In this document: in pieces, positions 46,081 to 62,607 of the stretch
How positions within the stretch are numbered: position 1 is the first letter of the stretch
Layout of the letters: every line of letters starts with the position of its first letter
The notes under the pieces: generated by a model
The model's input: only the letters and a program-made list of their open reading frames with translations
Databases searched by the model: none
Told to the model about the DNA's origin: nothing
Program-made: the position numbers and the translations under genes
Assembly: GCF_009914755.1 (NCBI RefSeq)
Contig: NC_060932.1
Direction: 5' to 3' (one strand)
DNA length: 64,000 nt
DNA from: the human T2T-CHM13v2.0 reference genome, Homo sapiens

Positions 46081-48821
46081 ACATTTGTGGAGAGAGTAAG
46101 CACTGACTAAGAAAGATGGGAGTACTCCACAGTGTCAAAGGTGCAGGTGAGGGTGGAGACCACAAATTTGTGTGTTACTGTACCTAATTCATTTTCTCCA
46201 GCAGCATTAAACAGCTTAGAAGTAGGTATCAAAAAGGCAGATACTTAAATTAATTCAGAGTGGAGGGATTATTTGCCTTAAGAATGCAATAGAAGGAAAA
46301 CAGGGCCAAAAAAATCATGATTTTGCCAAGAAAATAAGGTGATAAGCAATGATGTGTCCGTGAGACAAGATACACAAGCACTTGGCCCTCAAGAGGTTTC
46401 AAGGAGAGTAGGAGGGACCAGTGCCAAGATATTCCTGATGCCATACACTCTACCCACTTGGAAACAAATTTAAAATTGTGAAGCTATTTATTTTTGAGGG
46501 AAAAAAATGCAATTACCTCTTGGGACACATTATCTGAATAAACGGTATCTCTATGACTGTAAATTTTAATTATATTCATTTAGGAAATGGACAACAAAGA
46601 AAACAAGTTATCAATCTTCCCTTAGCCATGTTACCAGTTAATCAAATGCACTTCCATAGGTCTTTAAGAGTGTCACCTGTTTAACACTGTTCAACCTGAA
46701 AGGAACTAAAAAACTAGTCTCTGTTATGCAAACAAATGTACACTTTAAAGGCATTTATTAAACCTATCATTAATAATGTCAGTTAATACTGAAAACATTG
46801 TAGATGGCTATTTTTACTGGATCCCATAATTCCAATTTTATTTATTCATTTATTGAACAAATGCATTGTACCTTGTTGCCTGACTCCACTTCATTAAAGG
46901 GATCAAGGAAGATTTTCACTGCAATTCTAAATTCATTTATAGTTAGGCTTATTTTCAGTTATGCACATAGTTATGGCCACATTACTAAGATGAGTTGAAA
47001 TCATAATCTGAGAGTCTTACAATAGTAGATACTGACAAATCTAGATCCATAATTCATATATCACAATATTCTATTTTTATGTCTATGATACCATAAATCA
47101 ATCACCTGAGCTTAACCTAAAATAGGTTTGCAAAAGCTTAACATCACATTTAAAAATCAGGATTAATCCTTCTCTGTTACATTATTGTTTGATTACAGTC
47201 AGCCATCTGGTATTTTTGAGTTATAGTCAATCGCAACATTCCTGGGAGAAGCAGAACCCATAGAAAATCTACCCTTGTCAAACACTAAATACTAGAACTG
47301 CAAGGTGCTGTACACATGAACAATGCAAACGGCAGAACTAAGAACAATTAAATGGATGTTTTTTTGCAATCTTTATTTGAAAGCTTATGTTCCAATGTTG
47401 TAGGTCAAGGAAGGTACTAAATATACAATTCTCTGTCCATAGTTATTTGGTGTTTTTAAGCTCATCTATAACCAGTTTATTAAAAAGTAAAAGGGAGATA
47501 TGAAATGAGCTGGTAGAGCAAATATTATGTTGGAAAACATTTATTAAATACAACATGTTATCATGATAGTTGAAAATACATTAAGTCAGATTTTCTCAAG
47601 TGCCTACACAATTGTAGAAAATTTGATACTAGATGTAGTATATTAACTCTTTTATGGTAACTTTTAGTGAGTTATTTCTTCAGTTCTCGTGCATTAGTAA
47701 ATACACCTCATAAAACTGCCTTCATCCAGAGAAATTTGAATTCTGTTACCCATTAGTAGATAATACTATTTTGACAGTCAGTTGTACTTTCTTGAAAATA
47801 AATAATCTGGTCTCTTAAAATCTTATATTCCCTATTCCTATAACTCAACTTCTAACACTGATGAAAAAATCATGCAGTTGTACAAATTGGTGCAAAAATA
47901 AACTCATAGTTTTCAACCTGTTGAGTTCTGAACACTTCCTCATAACAGTTCTATCTGTTTAATTAGCTTTCCTAACCAATTGTCACAATATTCTTTATTA
48001 TCTACAATTGACATACAATGAACTGTACACAGTTAAAGTGTATGATTTCATAACTTTTGCCATGTAGAAGTATATGTGAAACCATCAACTACAATCAGAA
48101 TAGTGGACATACCCAGCACCCCCAAAGGTTTCCTTGTACCCCTTGTTATTCCTTTCCTGTTATTCCCTCCATTCCCAAGCAAATTCTGATCTGCTTATCT
48201 GTCATTATACACTATTTTACATTTTCAAATTTTATATTAAGAGACTCATACAGTGTGTACACTCTTATGCCTGGCTTCTTTTACTTTACATAATTATTAT
48301 GAGATTCAGTTATGCTGTACTATCATCAATGGCTCATTCCTTTTTACTGGTGAGTAGCATTTTGTGAATAACCAACAATTTATTTATCTATTAAACTCTT
48401 GATAGATGATTGATTTTTTTCATCCTTTTATGGCTATTGGAAACCTAGCTGCTATGAATATTCATGTATAAGTCTTTGTGTAGACATATGCTTTCATTCT
48501 CTTGCAAAAATATCCAGTAGTGGAATGTCTGGATCATATGGTAGCTGTATATTTAGCTTTTAAGAAACTGCCAAAATGTTTTCCAAAGTGCTTGTATCAT
48601 TTAAAATTCTCATCAGCTTTCCTTTGATTAGTGTTAGCATAGTAAATTTCTTTCCATCTTTTTACTTTTAACCTATTTGTGTCTATGTATTTAAAGTGGG
48701 TTTCTTGTAGGCAGCACATAGTTGGGTCTTTGTTTTTTTTATCCAGTCTGAGACTCTCTGCCTTTTAGTTGGGGTGTTCAAACTATTTAATTTTTTTGTT
48801 ATGCAATCAAAGCGAATCTTC

Positions 48822-50415
<1,594 letters not shown>

Positions 50416-52169
50416 TTAATGTGATTATTGATATGGTTGTGTTTAAATGTATCATCCTGCTATAGGTTTTCTATCAATCTCATCTGTTTATTGTTCACTT
50501 TTTCCTCTTTTTTTGCATTCTTTTGGACTAATACAGTATTTTCTCATTACACTTTGTTCCCTTTGTTGGCTTATTGGCTGTAACTCATTTGTATATGTGT
50601 ATGTGTGTCTGCGTTGACAATTGCTTTTGGTTTATAGTATGTATCTTTAACTAATCACAGTCTACCTTCACTTGCACTTTGCCCTCACAACCACTGTGTT
50701 ATTGTTTCACACATATTTTTTCTAAATATTTTATAAACCTCTTATTAATTTGTCATTACTTTTATTTTAAATAATCAGTTATCTCTTAAAGAGATTGTTA
50801 AGAAAAGTGTTTTATATTAACTCACATATTTAACATTTCTAATGCTCTTAATTTCTTTGTGTAAATCCAGATTTCCATCTGATATCATTTGCCTTCAAAC
50901 TGAGGACTTTTAACACTTCTTTCATGCAGGTATGCTGATTAATTTTTTTTTCAGCTTTTATTTGTCTGAAAAAGACTTTATTTCACTTTTATTCTAAAAG
51001 ATATTTTCAGCAACAGTTTTTCTTTCAGTATTTCAAAGTTTCAGCTTTCCTGACCCCTTGTTTGCATTGTTTCTACCAAGAAGTCTGATGTCATTTTTAC
51101 CTTTTTTCTTCTGTATCACATATTTACTTTTGCTATGAGTTCTTAAAGATATTTTTCTTTAACATTGATTTTAAAGAATTTTGTTATCATGTCTTAATGA
51201 AGTTTTCCTCAAGTATCTTGTGCTTAGATTTGTATTTTCCCTCAATTTTGAAAAATTTCAGCTATTATTTCTTCAAATATTTTTCTGACCCTTCTTTCAG
51301 AAATTCCAATTATATATATATATATTTCAGCTTTTCATTGTTCAACTGTTCATTGATTATTTAACTTTAAGTCATTTTGTTTTTCCAGGTACCACCTTGG
51401 AAAGTTTATTTGGCTTTATCTTCAAGTTCATTAGTCTTTTTTTCTAACAGTTTTGATCCAGCTATTAACACCATCGAGTATGTTTCTCATCTCAAACAAT
51501 GTATTTTTTATTTCTATAGATTTGATTTGAGTCATTTTTTTTACATTGTCCATGTCACCACTTAATATGTTCAATCCTTCCTCTACTTTATTTAACATAT
51601 GGAATATAGTTATAAGTGTTTTAATGTTACCTGGTGAATCTATTATCTGTCATTTTGGGATCTGTCTCTATTTATTGACTTTTCCCTTATGATGTGTCAT
51701 ATTTTCCTGCCTTTTTGCATACCTGGTAATTTTTTATCACATGCCATGTGAATTTTATCTTGTTGAGTACTGGATGTTTTTTAATTCTATAGACATTCTT
51801 GGGTGCTGGATATTTTGGATTCCTATAAATAATCTTGAACTTGTTTATGAGTCACAGTTAAGTTAGTTGGAAATAACCTGATCCCTTTGAAGCTTGATTT
51901 TATAAGCAAGACTGTATCAGCCTCTAGACCAGGGCAAATTTTGCCTCACCACTATACTAATACACTTTTGGGTACTCTACCTGATGCCCCATCAATTACA
52001 AGTTTCTCACTAAGGCAAGTAGAAACAAGTACTTTTCCTGGTCCTGGGTGAGTGACAGTGATTGTTTCCTTAGCCCCTTTTAAGTGGCTCTTTCCCCAGC
52101 CTTGGCTACTTTCCTCATGCGTATGCAGAAAAATGGAAGGAATTCTGAAGATCTCCAGAGCACTTCATA

Positions 52170-52270
52170 TCTCTCTTTCCTTCCCTTCCTCTCTCTCTCT
52201 CTCTTTCTCTCTTGCTCTCACTCTCGCTCTCACTCTCACTCTGTCTCCCTTCCTCTCTCCCTCCCTCCTC
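52170..52270. repeat. CT-rich low-complexity / (CT)n tract
   Basis: Seen directly. Confidence 0.85.
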
Positions 52271-53094
52271 CAGGACTCTAGAAACTCTAGTTACTTCGGC
52301 TTCCTCAAAGTTCTAATTTTCTTTCTTCAACTCAGGGATTTTGCTAAGCTCCATGTAGATTCTCCCATTTGAATTATGTCTGGGAACTCTCCAGACAGCA
52401 AGCTGGAGCCGTCACAGGGCTCACCTTACTTCCTCCTCTATCTCAGGGAAGGCATTACTGAACTTCCTTACCTGATGTCCAATGTCTGACAATTATATTT
52501 ATTATATTTTGCCCATGTGTTTAATTATTTAAAGCAAGAAAGTGAATTCAGCCCCTATTACCCCATCATAATCAGAAGTAGACATCTGCAATAGCTATAT
52601 TAAATCTTCAACATTTTCTTCACTTGTAATTAATGGGGAATCAGGTAGAGTACTCAAAAGGGTGTTAGTATAGTGGTGAGGCAAAATTTGCCCTAGACTA
52701 AAGACTGATACAGTCTTGCCTATAAAATCAAGCTTCAAAAGGATCAGAAAGAAAGTTTCCTACCCTACCTCCTTCTTCCCACTGCCTCTCAGATGACAAC
52801 CTTACTCAAACTTTATGTGTAATTCATTAACTTCTTGTCTCTACATTCTACAATTTATATCAAGTCGTAACACTTTTCAAATTCCTTCCCTTTCTCCCCA
52901 TAAATCCTCTTTTCAGATTCATCAGTGTCCTCAGTTTCTAGTCAACTCTTTCCTTTGCATCTTCAGTGTCTCCCTCTTTCCTGGTTCTTTTCGCTGGCTG
53001 CTCCTTCTCAAGTATAGCTCTTCTTCTGTATGATGTTATCCTCCAGATTTCCGCCTTTGGTTGTCTTTTCTTCTAACCCTAGATTCTTCGTGAC

Positions 53095-53482
53095 TGTGTT
53101 AGTCTGCTAGAACTGCCATATCAGAACACCAAAAACTGGGTGGCTTAAATAACAAAAATTTATTTCCTCGCAGGTTTGGAGGCTGGGTGTCTAAGATCAA
53201 GGTGCAGGCTGGATGGGTTTCTGGTGAGGCTTTTCTTCCTGGCTTGAAGATGACTACTTTCTTACTTTGCCCTCACATGGCCTTCTCACTGTGCACATGA
53301 ATCTCTGGTGTCTTTCTCTTCTTGTAAGTACACCAATCATATTGGATTAGGTAGGGTTCCACATTTTTTTAATGTCAGTTAGTCTTAATTACCTCCTTAA
53401 AGGTTCTATCTCCCCATATAGTCATATTGGGGTTAGAAGTTGAGTATATTGATTTTGCAGGGACACAGTTAAGTCCTTAACA
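53095..53482 (-). mobile_element. MLT1A/B-type MaLR solo LTR
   Basis: TGTGTTAGTCTGCTAGAACTGCCATA...CTGGGTGGCTTAAATAAC...CTAAGATCAAGGTG...GGACACAGTTAAGTCCTTAACA. Confidence 0.85.
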
Positions 53483-54540
53483 CTGATCTACTTCATTCTC
53501 TCTCATTATTTCAATTGCTGACTAGTACCAAATCCAAATATCTACTCCAATCTTTCTCCTGAGCACCAACCAATATGTCTAAATCCCTACTGAACATTTT
53601 CATGTGGATATTATACCTATGCTTTATTCAATATGTTTGAAATTAAACCTTATTATCTATTCCCTCCACATCAAGTATCCTGAATTCACTTTCTTATTAA
53701 TTGTGCCACCCTTCATACAATCTACCTGCCAGAAAATGTGAGAGCCACTTTTTATCCTCATTCCTCTCACTCACTACATTTGTTTACCAACTCTTAGCAA
53801 GTCTATCTCCTTAATATCCTCTGAATCTGTTTCTTCTTCTTTATTGCCACTGTTATCACCTTAGTTCAAAAGTTCATACATTCTGATTGAGTTGCAATAT
53901 ATTTTGCCCCCAGGCTCATCTCCTTCTTACCATGTTCTACTCTCCTGTCATAATAATGCCTTTAAAAGACAAATTTGAAAATATTATTTACAAATTAGCA
54001 TTCTTCAATGATTGAATACTATCTTTAACCTCAGGATAAACCAATCAAAGTCCCTGTCGTGACCTCTAGGGCTCTTTAATAACCTAGTTACTGCATGCCC
54101 CATGAAATTTTCTCTGCATTCCCTGTTTTTCTCCCAGCTCTCCGACACCTATTCCTTATATTCTATAATGACTTATTTGTAACTTATCAAATGCATCTTG
54201 CTCTAGTAAATCTTTGTGACTTTGCCCTTGTTACTTTATTTCAAGTAATATTTAAGAGAGACTATTTTCTTCCTCAAAATTCAACATAGAGGTTATTACC
54301 ATCAATAGATAGCTACTGAACTGGACTTCTTTGTATTTCCCAGTCTGGAGTATGTTCTTCCTTACAGGCTTCTATGGCATTCTGTTTCCTCTATGATAGC
54401 TCTAATGGTTTTTACCATTTGCCTGCCTTGTCCTCTGATAGACATAACCTTCTGTAAAGTGTATAAAGTCTGTTCCTCATTTATCTATAACCAGCATCCA
54501 GTACAGTAGCAATTATAAATAAAAGTTTGTTGAAGGAATG
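53483..54540 (+). mobile_element. L2 fragment (continues left of the MLT1)
   Basis: Pyrimidine-rich L2-like sequence ending AATAAAAGTTTGTTGAAGGAATG. Confidence 0.65.
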
Positions 54541-55763
54541 CCTTAATAGAGAGATGTGCTTGATCCCGTTGATTCACAGATGCATTCGATATAACCACAA
54601 AAACTCTAAAATACATTGTCATGTGCTGTACAAGAAACTTGTATTTTATATTTCTATATTAGGAAAATAGCCACATTAGAAAATGTATTGCTGAAACAAT
54701 ACCACTTAAGTTTTAGTCAACCAGTATTTACGACTTTACTCTCATGTAATAAATTTCCTTATGCTTTTGTCTTAAGTATAGGTCAGAGAGCTATTCAAGA
54801 GTAGATACAAAGACATTCATGTTGACTTGAGGCAGCTTGTCATAATAGTGAAGCATTTGAAAATCTGTTCATCCAGGTTTCATTTTCAAGTCAGCTGGCT
54901 GATTACTTGATTCCCAATCCTCAGGAAATACTGTTCTTTGTAAGGCCTCAGGGTTCCTTAGAATCTTAGCTTCAGATTAATATTACAGTGTCATCCAATA
55001 CCAACTCAGTGATATTTTCCTACCACTTTTTTTAAATCAATCAACTCTTCTTTCCAAAATGCTGCCCAAATGCTTTTCAGACTCAACAGCTTCTTTTCTC
55101 CTGCTCCCTAACTTCCCAGATATTCACAGCCAATATGAGCATTTCTCTACCCATCTGTGCTGTTCTTGCCTTTAGTCTCCTCACTCATTTCTAATCCCTT
55201 CCTCAGACTACCCTTGTTCTTCACATTATCTTCCAACTTTAAGTGCAAGGTTGCTCCAGTCCAGGTAAAATCATCACTATCACACAGGCTGCCTGGCACA
55301 GAAGTCCTGCATAGAACAGAACACTAGCATTCTGAAACCTAAATAATACCATGACTATTCCTGCTCAGGGAAACTATCTCCTCTATGCAAATTTTGCAGA
55401 GGAATATTTTCAATACACCCTGCTTTGAGTGTGTGAATCATAATGAAAGTCAGTGCTGATATCACTTATGTTCAGCTCCTCCCCTAGTCACAGGGAGGGC
55501 TGTTACTGCTGCAGTCCCATTTTGACAAGTCAAAACTACTTAGAGCCTTATGTTAACTGTGGTCTATCAAGTCTTGCAGCCCTTCAGTTGCCCAAGCAGC
55601 TAGGACAAGTTCTATTATTCAGACTGTTCCTGTGAGACCAAATCAGATCTTCAGCTTCAATAGAAAGTTACTTTTGTTACTTCTCTGACCTAGAACCTGG
55701 GCCCCACCTCTGATGTTTGAGTTTCTGGTTTGATACTGGAACTCTATCTGACTCACACCTTGC

Positions 55764-56264
55764 TGTGATAGTTAATTTTATGTTTCAGCTTGACTGAGCC
55801 ATAGGGTGCCTAGATATTTGATTAAACATTGTTCCTGGGAGTGTCTGTGCAGGTGTTTCTGGAAAAGATGAGCATTTGAATTGATAGACAAAGTAAAGCA
55901 GATTGTCCTAATGTGAGTGGGCCTCATCCAATCTGTTGTGGCTTGAACAGAACAAAAAGACAAAAGAAGGAAGAATTCACTCTCTCTCTCTCTCTGAGTG
56001 ACTGATTGAACTAGGACATTCATCTTTTACTGTCCTCAGACTGGGGCTTACCCATAAACTCTCCTGGTCTCAGGCTTTTGAATTAGGATTGGACCTATGC
56101 CACCAACTTTCCTGGTTCCCTAGTTTACCAGCTGAGGATGAAGGGACTTAGTCTCCATATTCACATGAGCCCATTTCTTATAATAAATGTGTGTGTGGGC
56201 GCGTGTGTGTGTTTGTGTGTTTGTCATATTGCCTCTCTTTCCAAGGAGAATCCTGACTAATACA
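55764..56264 (+). mobile_element. MLT2-type (ERVL) solo LTR
   Basis: TGTGATAGTTAATTTTATGTTTCAGCTTGACTG...GGAGAATCCTGACTAATACA with an internal (TG)n and a near-TSD CTTGC/TTTGC. Confidence 0.88.
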
Positions 56265-57659
56265 TTTGCCTAGTCTAAGAGTGTGTTCTGTTTCTCCATA
56301 GCTGAGTCCTTATCTTGACAAATACATGTGGCTACTACTCCATACTTAGACCATTTTGCTACTCCATACTGGGACCATACTTGCTCTTGCCAATACCTTC
56401 CTTTCACACTGGAACCTTGTTCCCATTTTCATTAGCCATCTACAGTCAGGCTTCTTTAATGCCAAATGACTGCTGACATTACCATATCCCCCTTATTATG
56501 CTTCTCTGCTCCCCTTCATGCAACTTCCAGCGAGACCACTTATTGAGAGATCATTCGCCTCCTCCTTTGATATTAAGATGCTGAGATCTGTCCATCAGAA
56601 TGGATACTCTCCCAGGCCTATACCTATTTCTATTCTGCTAAGACCTAACTCAGTATCTGTTCCCTCTGATCTATAATGAGTATAAAGTGTAATTTGGGAA
56701 CCAGTCACTACCCAATCCCCAAGAGTTACATAACATATTTTAACAAAATACCATACGGAACTTTTAAAATGAGGATATCTTCAGTAAATTTAAGAGATGT
56801 CAGTGCAATTTGGTTCTTGAGAATAAAGTACAAGGTATGATAGTTTGCTGAGTGCAGTCCACAATTCAAAAACTAATCAAAAATTTGACCTTTTCCATTT
56901 CTAAACTTATTTAGTTTTCCCTGTATAATTTGTATAATAGAGTGCTAATTACTTAGTGGGTTTTTTTTGTACGTGCAATCAATACAAAATAATGAAAAGG
57001 CCCTAAAATGAGAAATAGTTATTCTGTAATGGTAAAAGATTATATTTAAAACAATTTCATTTCAATGAATGTATACATATAAAGTGATTATGTGTATACA
57101 TACTTAAAACTAATCTAACACCTTTGACACGCTGTTTTCTCTTTCAGTAATATGGATATATATATAATTAGCATTATATTATATATAATTATGATATATT
57201 ACAATAAATATAATTAACAATGAATTTTGCATTAATATAATATGTTGAACTCTACTAAACACAAATATCCTGATCTATGGAAACAACATAGAATAACATA
57301 GTAGAAAAAGTAAATTACATTAATTGCTTTAAAATAAATGTCTTTATGGTGAACAAGGTAAATTATGATATGATGAGACAATGACTAAATACTAGTCTTC
57401 TTGACTGCACTTCCTATCCTTAAAGATTTAGGGCTTCCTCTTAGTCCCCAATATCAGAGATGTACAGTTCTCTCTCACTTTGTATGATCTTTCTCAAAAG
57501 AACTCATCAATAGCCATAAATTCTAAGGCTGAGTTGTTGTTGTTTTATTTATTTTTTTAGGAGCACTTAACTACAGGAATGAAGAAATAAAGGGAGTGTG
57601 CGAATATGGATGAAGGAGAAGAAAGAAAAGTGAAAAGAGACGGGAAAGAATTTCCCTTT

Positions 57660-57878
57660 ATTAAAAGCCTACCTTAGGTCAGGCACTATATTGATTCACA
57701 GATATTTTATTTAATCCACAAAACTATCTTAGCACTTATAATCTCCATTTGGTAGTTAAGGAAACTGATGACTAGAGAAATAAACTGCCTTCTCACAAAT
57801 GGCATGGTAGGTGAGTAACAGAAGCAAGAGAGGAAACCCAGATCGCCGTGATTATCAAGTCTATGCCTTTTCCACAAA
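57660..57878 (-). mobile_element. MIR SINE
   Basis: TTATTTAATCCACA...CTCCATTTGGTAGTTAAGGAAACTGA matches the reverse MIR core. Confidence 0.6.
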
Positions 57879-58014
57879 AGTGTTTTGTGCATGTCCATAC
57901 ATAATTCTAAGGTACATCCAGTACATATATATGTATATCCAATAGACATAAATGAATATTCTTTATTAGAAAATAGATGTGTAGCACTACCCAAAATAAT
58001 AGAGGAGTCTTGCT

Positions 58015-59560
58015 AATTGATACATCTCTTTATTCAACACTTATTTACCGAGCAGTTACTATTGTGCTGTGCTAGTGTCCGGAAATACAAAAATGAAGGA
58101 AATCCTTCACCTCCGAAAGATTTACAGTCAAGAAGGGCAGAAAGGAAAGCAAATCCACAATTTCAATACAGTGTGATAAGCACTGGGGTTGGGGCACATA
58201 CAGACTGCCATGGGGAAGTCAACAGCTGACTTGGAGACAGGCATGAAGACAAAAAGAGAGAAAGTTTTCGAAGATTTGGGTGATGTTCAGACTCACAAAG
58301 AACAGATTGAAATCCTCCGAATGGAGAATTGCGAGGACATTTGGGATGGGGCACATGTGCAAAGACAGGGAGGAAAGAAGGACCAGACCACTTGGAAAAT
58401 GCAGGTTTGTTCATATGAGAGATATGAGAGATCAGGTAGATATGAGAGATGGATATGAGAAATCAAGGAGAAGGGCAGGAAGACTCCCATTCTGTTGGTT
58501 TGAATAACTGAGTTAATGATGGTGCCATCTTTGGGGGCACAAAATTTTGTCATTCCTCCACTGAAAACTCTTTAATGACTTACGTTGCTATTTGACTAAA
58601 GCCTAAATTCCTGAACGTGCCCCATAAAACTTCTGCCATTTTCCCAGCCTCCCCATCAGTGTTGTCCCTCTCTTTACAAAGCACCTGCTTTTTTCCCAGC
58701 CCAGGGTCTTCACACCTTCTGATCCTTCCTCTTGCAACAATCTCTCTACACCCCTTCACACACATCCTCTCAGCCTAAATGTTACCTACTCAGGAAGGCT
58801 TTCTCTGGCCTCTAGATTCAGACAGATTACCCCCATGATATCTTCTCATAATACCTTCACCTTTACCTTCATAGCTCTTACCACAGTGGAAATTTAAAAA
58901 TCATTTTGATTAGTATATACTCAATGCCTGTCTGTCAAAATATGTGCCTGTTTTGGTCACTTTTTATCTATAGTGCTTAATCCAAGATGAATTAATTCAT
59001 AAGGACATTCTAAGTATATGGAGTGGTGGGTTGTGACAGTAATACAGAAGGAGTTTGGCAGTAGGATTCGAATTTTGGGGTAAACATGAGTATAAGATAT
59101 CTGTGGAGCATCCATGTAGAAATGTTTATAAGGCAATTTATCTTTTTAGAATTTTCCTTTCAGTATTTAGGTGAGACTTCTGGGCAAAGCACAAATTTAA
59201 GAGAAATTGGTAAATAGCACTTAAAAGTATGGGAATTTATGAAATCAGCCAAAGAGAAATAGAAGCAGCGGGAAAGCATGATCATTAGGTACAAAAGCAT
59301 AACAGGGCCAAGTAGAGAAATGAGATCTAACAGGAGTGGCCTGAAAGACAGGAAGAAAACTGGGGATATGGCATTAGGTAGTCAAAGGAGAAAATTTTCT
59401 GATATGAAACACATAGTAACACAAAAGACTTTTTCTTTGCACTTGAAAGGAGGCAAGTAACAAGGTCTGAATATATAGTGTTGAGTTTTGCAATTCTGAG
59501 AGTCACTGACAACAAAAGGAATACTTTCCAGGGGCTATGGGAGGAAAATCCAGTGCAGTA
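58015..59560 (-). mobile_element. L2 fragments, with an apparently opposite-orientation L2-like piece at ~58550-59000
   Basis: Starts with the L2 tail TTTATTCAACACTTATTTACCGAGC. Composition flips from purine-rich to pyrimidine-rich and back. Confidence 0.55.
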
Positions 59561-62129
59561 ATTTACATATTCAATCAGTTCACAAGTCTTATTGCCTGTC
59601 TATTAAGCACTAGGGCTTGTGCTTCTTGATGGAGATACAACAGTAAACAAAATAGGAAAGCTTCCTATCTTTATAGAGTTCAAGGCACTAAGACCAGGGC
59701 ATAGATTTAGCTTTGTTTCAATACAAGCAGTTTAATCTTTATTTTCTTATACCCAGCTGCTTCAGACATTTATGTGGCCTGCCTGGCTCTGATGGGCATA
59801 GGTTATTGACTCCAGAAAAAAGTGTAAAAAGTGTTATAATCAGTTATAATTGTACATGTAATTGTACATACAACAACTGACCCAGTCATGAAGGTCAAGA
59901 AAGTAGTGAGTCAGGAAAATTAGAGATGACAATAATCAAAGAAAGGAAATGGTTGCTATAATCAAATGGCATGATCCTCAAAATCTAATGGGTTTTAACA
60001 GGAGTATGCACAAATGAAAACAGCAAAAGGAAAAGTAAGTGAATTTAACACCTACCATACCTCCTGTTTGAGGATGGGAGAAGAAACAGCCTCCACTTAG
60101 TGCAACAGCAATATTTATTATAAAGCTCAATATATTTTTTGTACATAGACTGTTTCTCCCTTTTACAGCCTCCATCCACCCCCTTATTCTTAAGGGGAGA
60201 TCCATCTGAGCCTGTGGAGGATTGGGTGGGCTTTGCAAGGCCACTTGTTCTAGGTATCCATTGAAGGAATCCACACAGCTAAGAGGACCACCATGGTGCT
60301 ACCCTCTGGCTTTTCCTCTGCTTTTTGAAATTTTTGTTTCTAATTCATATCCTAAACCATTAAAGAAAGTAAATAAATCAACCATATCGCCCTACCAATG
60401 CTCTCAAATTTTTGCTAACAGGCCCACCTACACTTCCCGAGACACCATGAAAGCCTAAAACAGCACTTTCTCAAAATTTCCTTTCCAAAATCCATTACTT
60501 GGTAATAAACTGGGATGTTTTTAACTTTTTTTATGAGATAAGGAATTCTTGTTGCCTATCTTTTCACTTTATTTCTACATGCTTTATTAATGTTTTTGGA
60601 AAAATTATTTTGAGATGTTAGTCTAGAATATTTATTTAGGGAAGAGCATCTGATGCCAAGTTATTTGCCAATAGAAAGGTGATAAACATAGTTATTTGCC
60701 AGTTGTAATTCAATAAATTATGATGTGTTTAGTAGCCATTAGTTTGAAAAAGACTACTTTTTATATTATTGTGAAGTTATCTTTTAAATCATTAAAAATG
60801 AGATTGCCAAACTTCTGGGCTATTTGCATTCTGTAACTGCCTAGAGTTTGATATGAAGAATGGTAATATTTACATTGAGAACAACAAATATTGTTAAATA
60901 GAAGCAAAACAGAAGCCAGTGGGTATGCCTTCTTTTTTTCAGGTGCAAGGTAGCTAGTGAAATACTCCAAACGAAGCATCACAGCATTTTCTTTAAATGT
61001 ATGTGCTCTTTTATCTGATCTTTTCTTTATTATCTTCCTTCATTCCTCTCCTTGCTTTTCCTTAGTCATCCCCTAAAATCATGCTTTAATCACTCTTAGC
61101 ATCCTTCCTCTCTTCTGATTTTTCTCCTAATCTTCAAAGTAAGATTAACTGATATATTGAGAAAATTTAAATTGGGGGAAATACACAAAACAATTTATAT
61201 TAGTATTTTAAATATATCAGTACACATGAAGCTTTCCTGTAGTTTTTTTTTTCTCCTTCCATGTATTGTTAGAGAGCCCTCTTTTCTTATAGTGTTGTTA
61301 TCTGCAAAGCCAGTGCTACTGCAGATCGCCACACAAATTTAAAAGAACCTTCCCAGGGAAACAGTCAGCTTATGCTTCTCCTAAGGAAAGTCAGAGAGGA
61401 TTTTTATTAGAACAAAAGTAAAAGTCAAAAGTCTAGAGTAGCTTCCAATAACTATCTCAGCAACAGAGTAAAGACCAGGGAGAATGCTTTATAAGACCAT
61501 CACAATATCTTCCACACTGAATACTTTCCAGACTAGTTCCCAAGAAATCATGTCTGCATTTTAGGAAGAATTGGCTATAGAGAAAGTGACTGGTAAAAGC
61601 TATTATGTGAGCCCTCCACTTCACACACTGAGAGCATGAGGCGGAAGTATGAAGCAGCCTCTTCACAAAGGCCCTCATCAGTGGAAAACAGGCTGTTTCT
61701 TTATTTGAATCCAAGACTGAGCCCAAAATGGAAAGAATGGAATAAACCAGGAGCAAGACTCTCCCAGATCTCCCAAGACTGGGAAGGGCAGCAGGCTTCA
61801 GCAAGCTCCTAAAGATATCAGGAGCAATGATGGTATTAGTCACAGGAGAAGAAGCTAGGGGAGCTATCACCACAGCAACTCAGAGGAGGTACAGGCAAAA
61901 AGCAGTGACCGTGAGGGACAGTTCTTCCAAGCACAAGAACTAACTCGGTGCTGAGTTGGAGGAATTGGGGAAATACACTGTCTTCACAGAGTCAACAAAA
62001 GTAGATCCAGAGAAACTAATATCTTTGAGCATGACACTGTCTTTGCCTCTATGGTGATATTGCCATGGCCATAGTTTATATAATTTACTTAAGGTTTGTT
62101 ATTCTTATATTTTTAATCCTGATGAGGAT

Positions 62130-62390
62130 TAATGATTATGGCAGCCAACATTGATTGAATTCCCTTAGGACACTGTACTAAGTCCATATGCATTACCTTA
62201 TATGTCCTTTACAACAAACCTAGAGGGTACATATTAATACTATCTGGATTTCATGGATTAAAAAGAAAAAAATTGAGGCTCAGAGAGTTTTAAAAACATG
62301 TCCAAGTTTACACAGTTAATATGTGACAGATCCAAAATTCAAATCTGGTCACTGGCCACAGAGTCCAAGCTTTCAACCCCTTTACTGCCT
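62130..62390 (-). mobile_element. MIR SINE
   Basis: AAATTGAGGCTCAGAGAG...TGTCCAAGTTTACACAGTTAAT...CAGAGTCCAAGCTTTCAACC. Confidence 0.7.
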
Positions 62391-62607
62391 GGCTAGGTTC
62401 TAGAAGCTGAGAGCTGAGAGCTGGCAGAATTGCCATGTACTTGGAATCCATTTCAGAACTAGAAGAAACCCAAGACACAGAATGGAAAACAGCAGCTTTA
62501 CAGAGGAAAGAAAGGTATGTTCACTTCTTGAAGCCTATAACAGAAAAGAGAAATAGGGCATGAGAAGGAAAGCTAGTCATAAAAATGTAACCCGAAACTT
62601 CTCAGGA

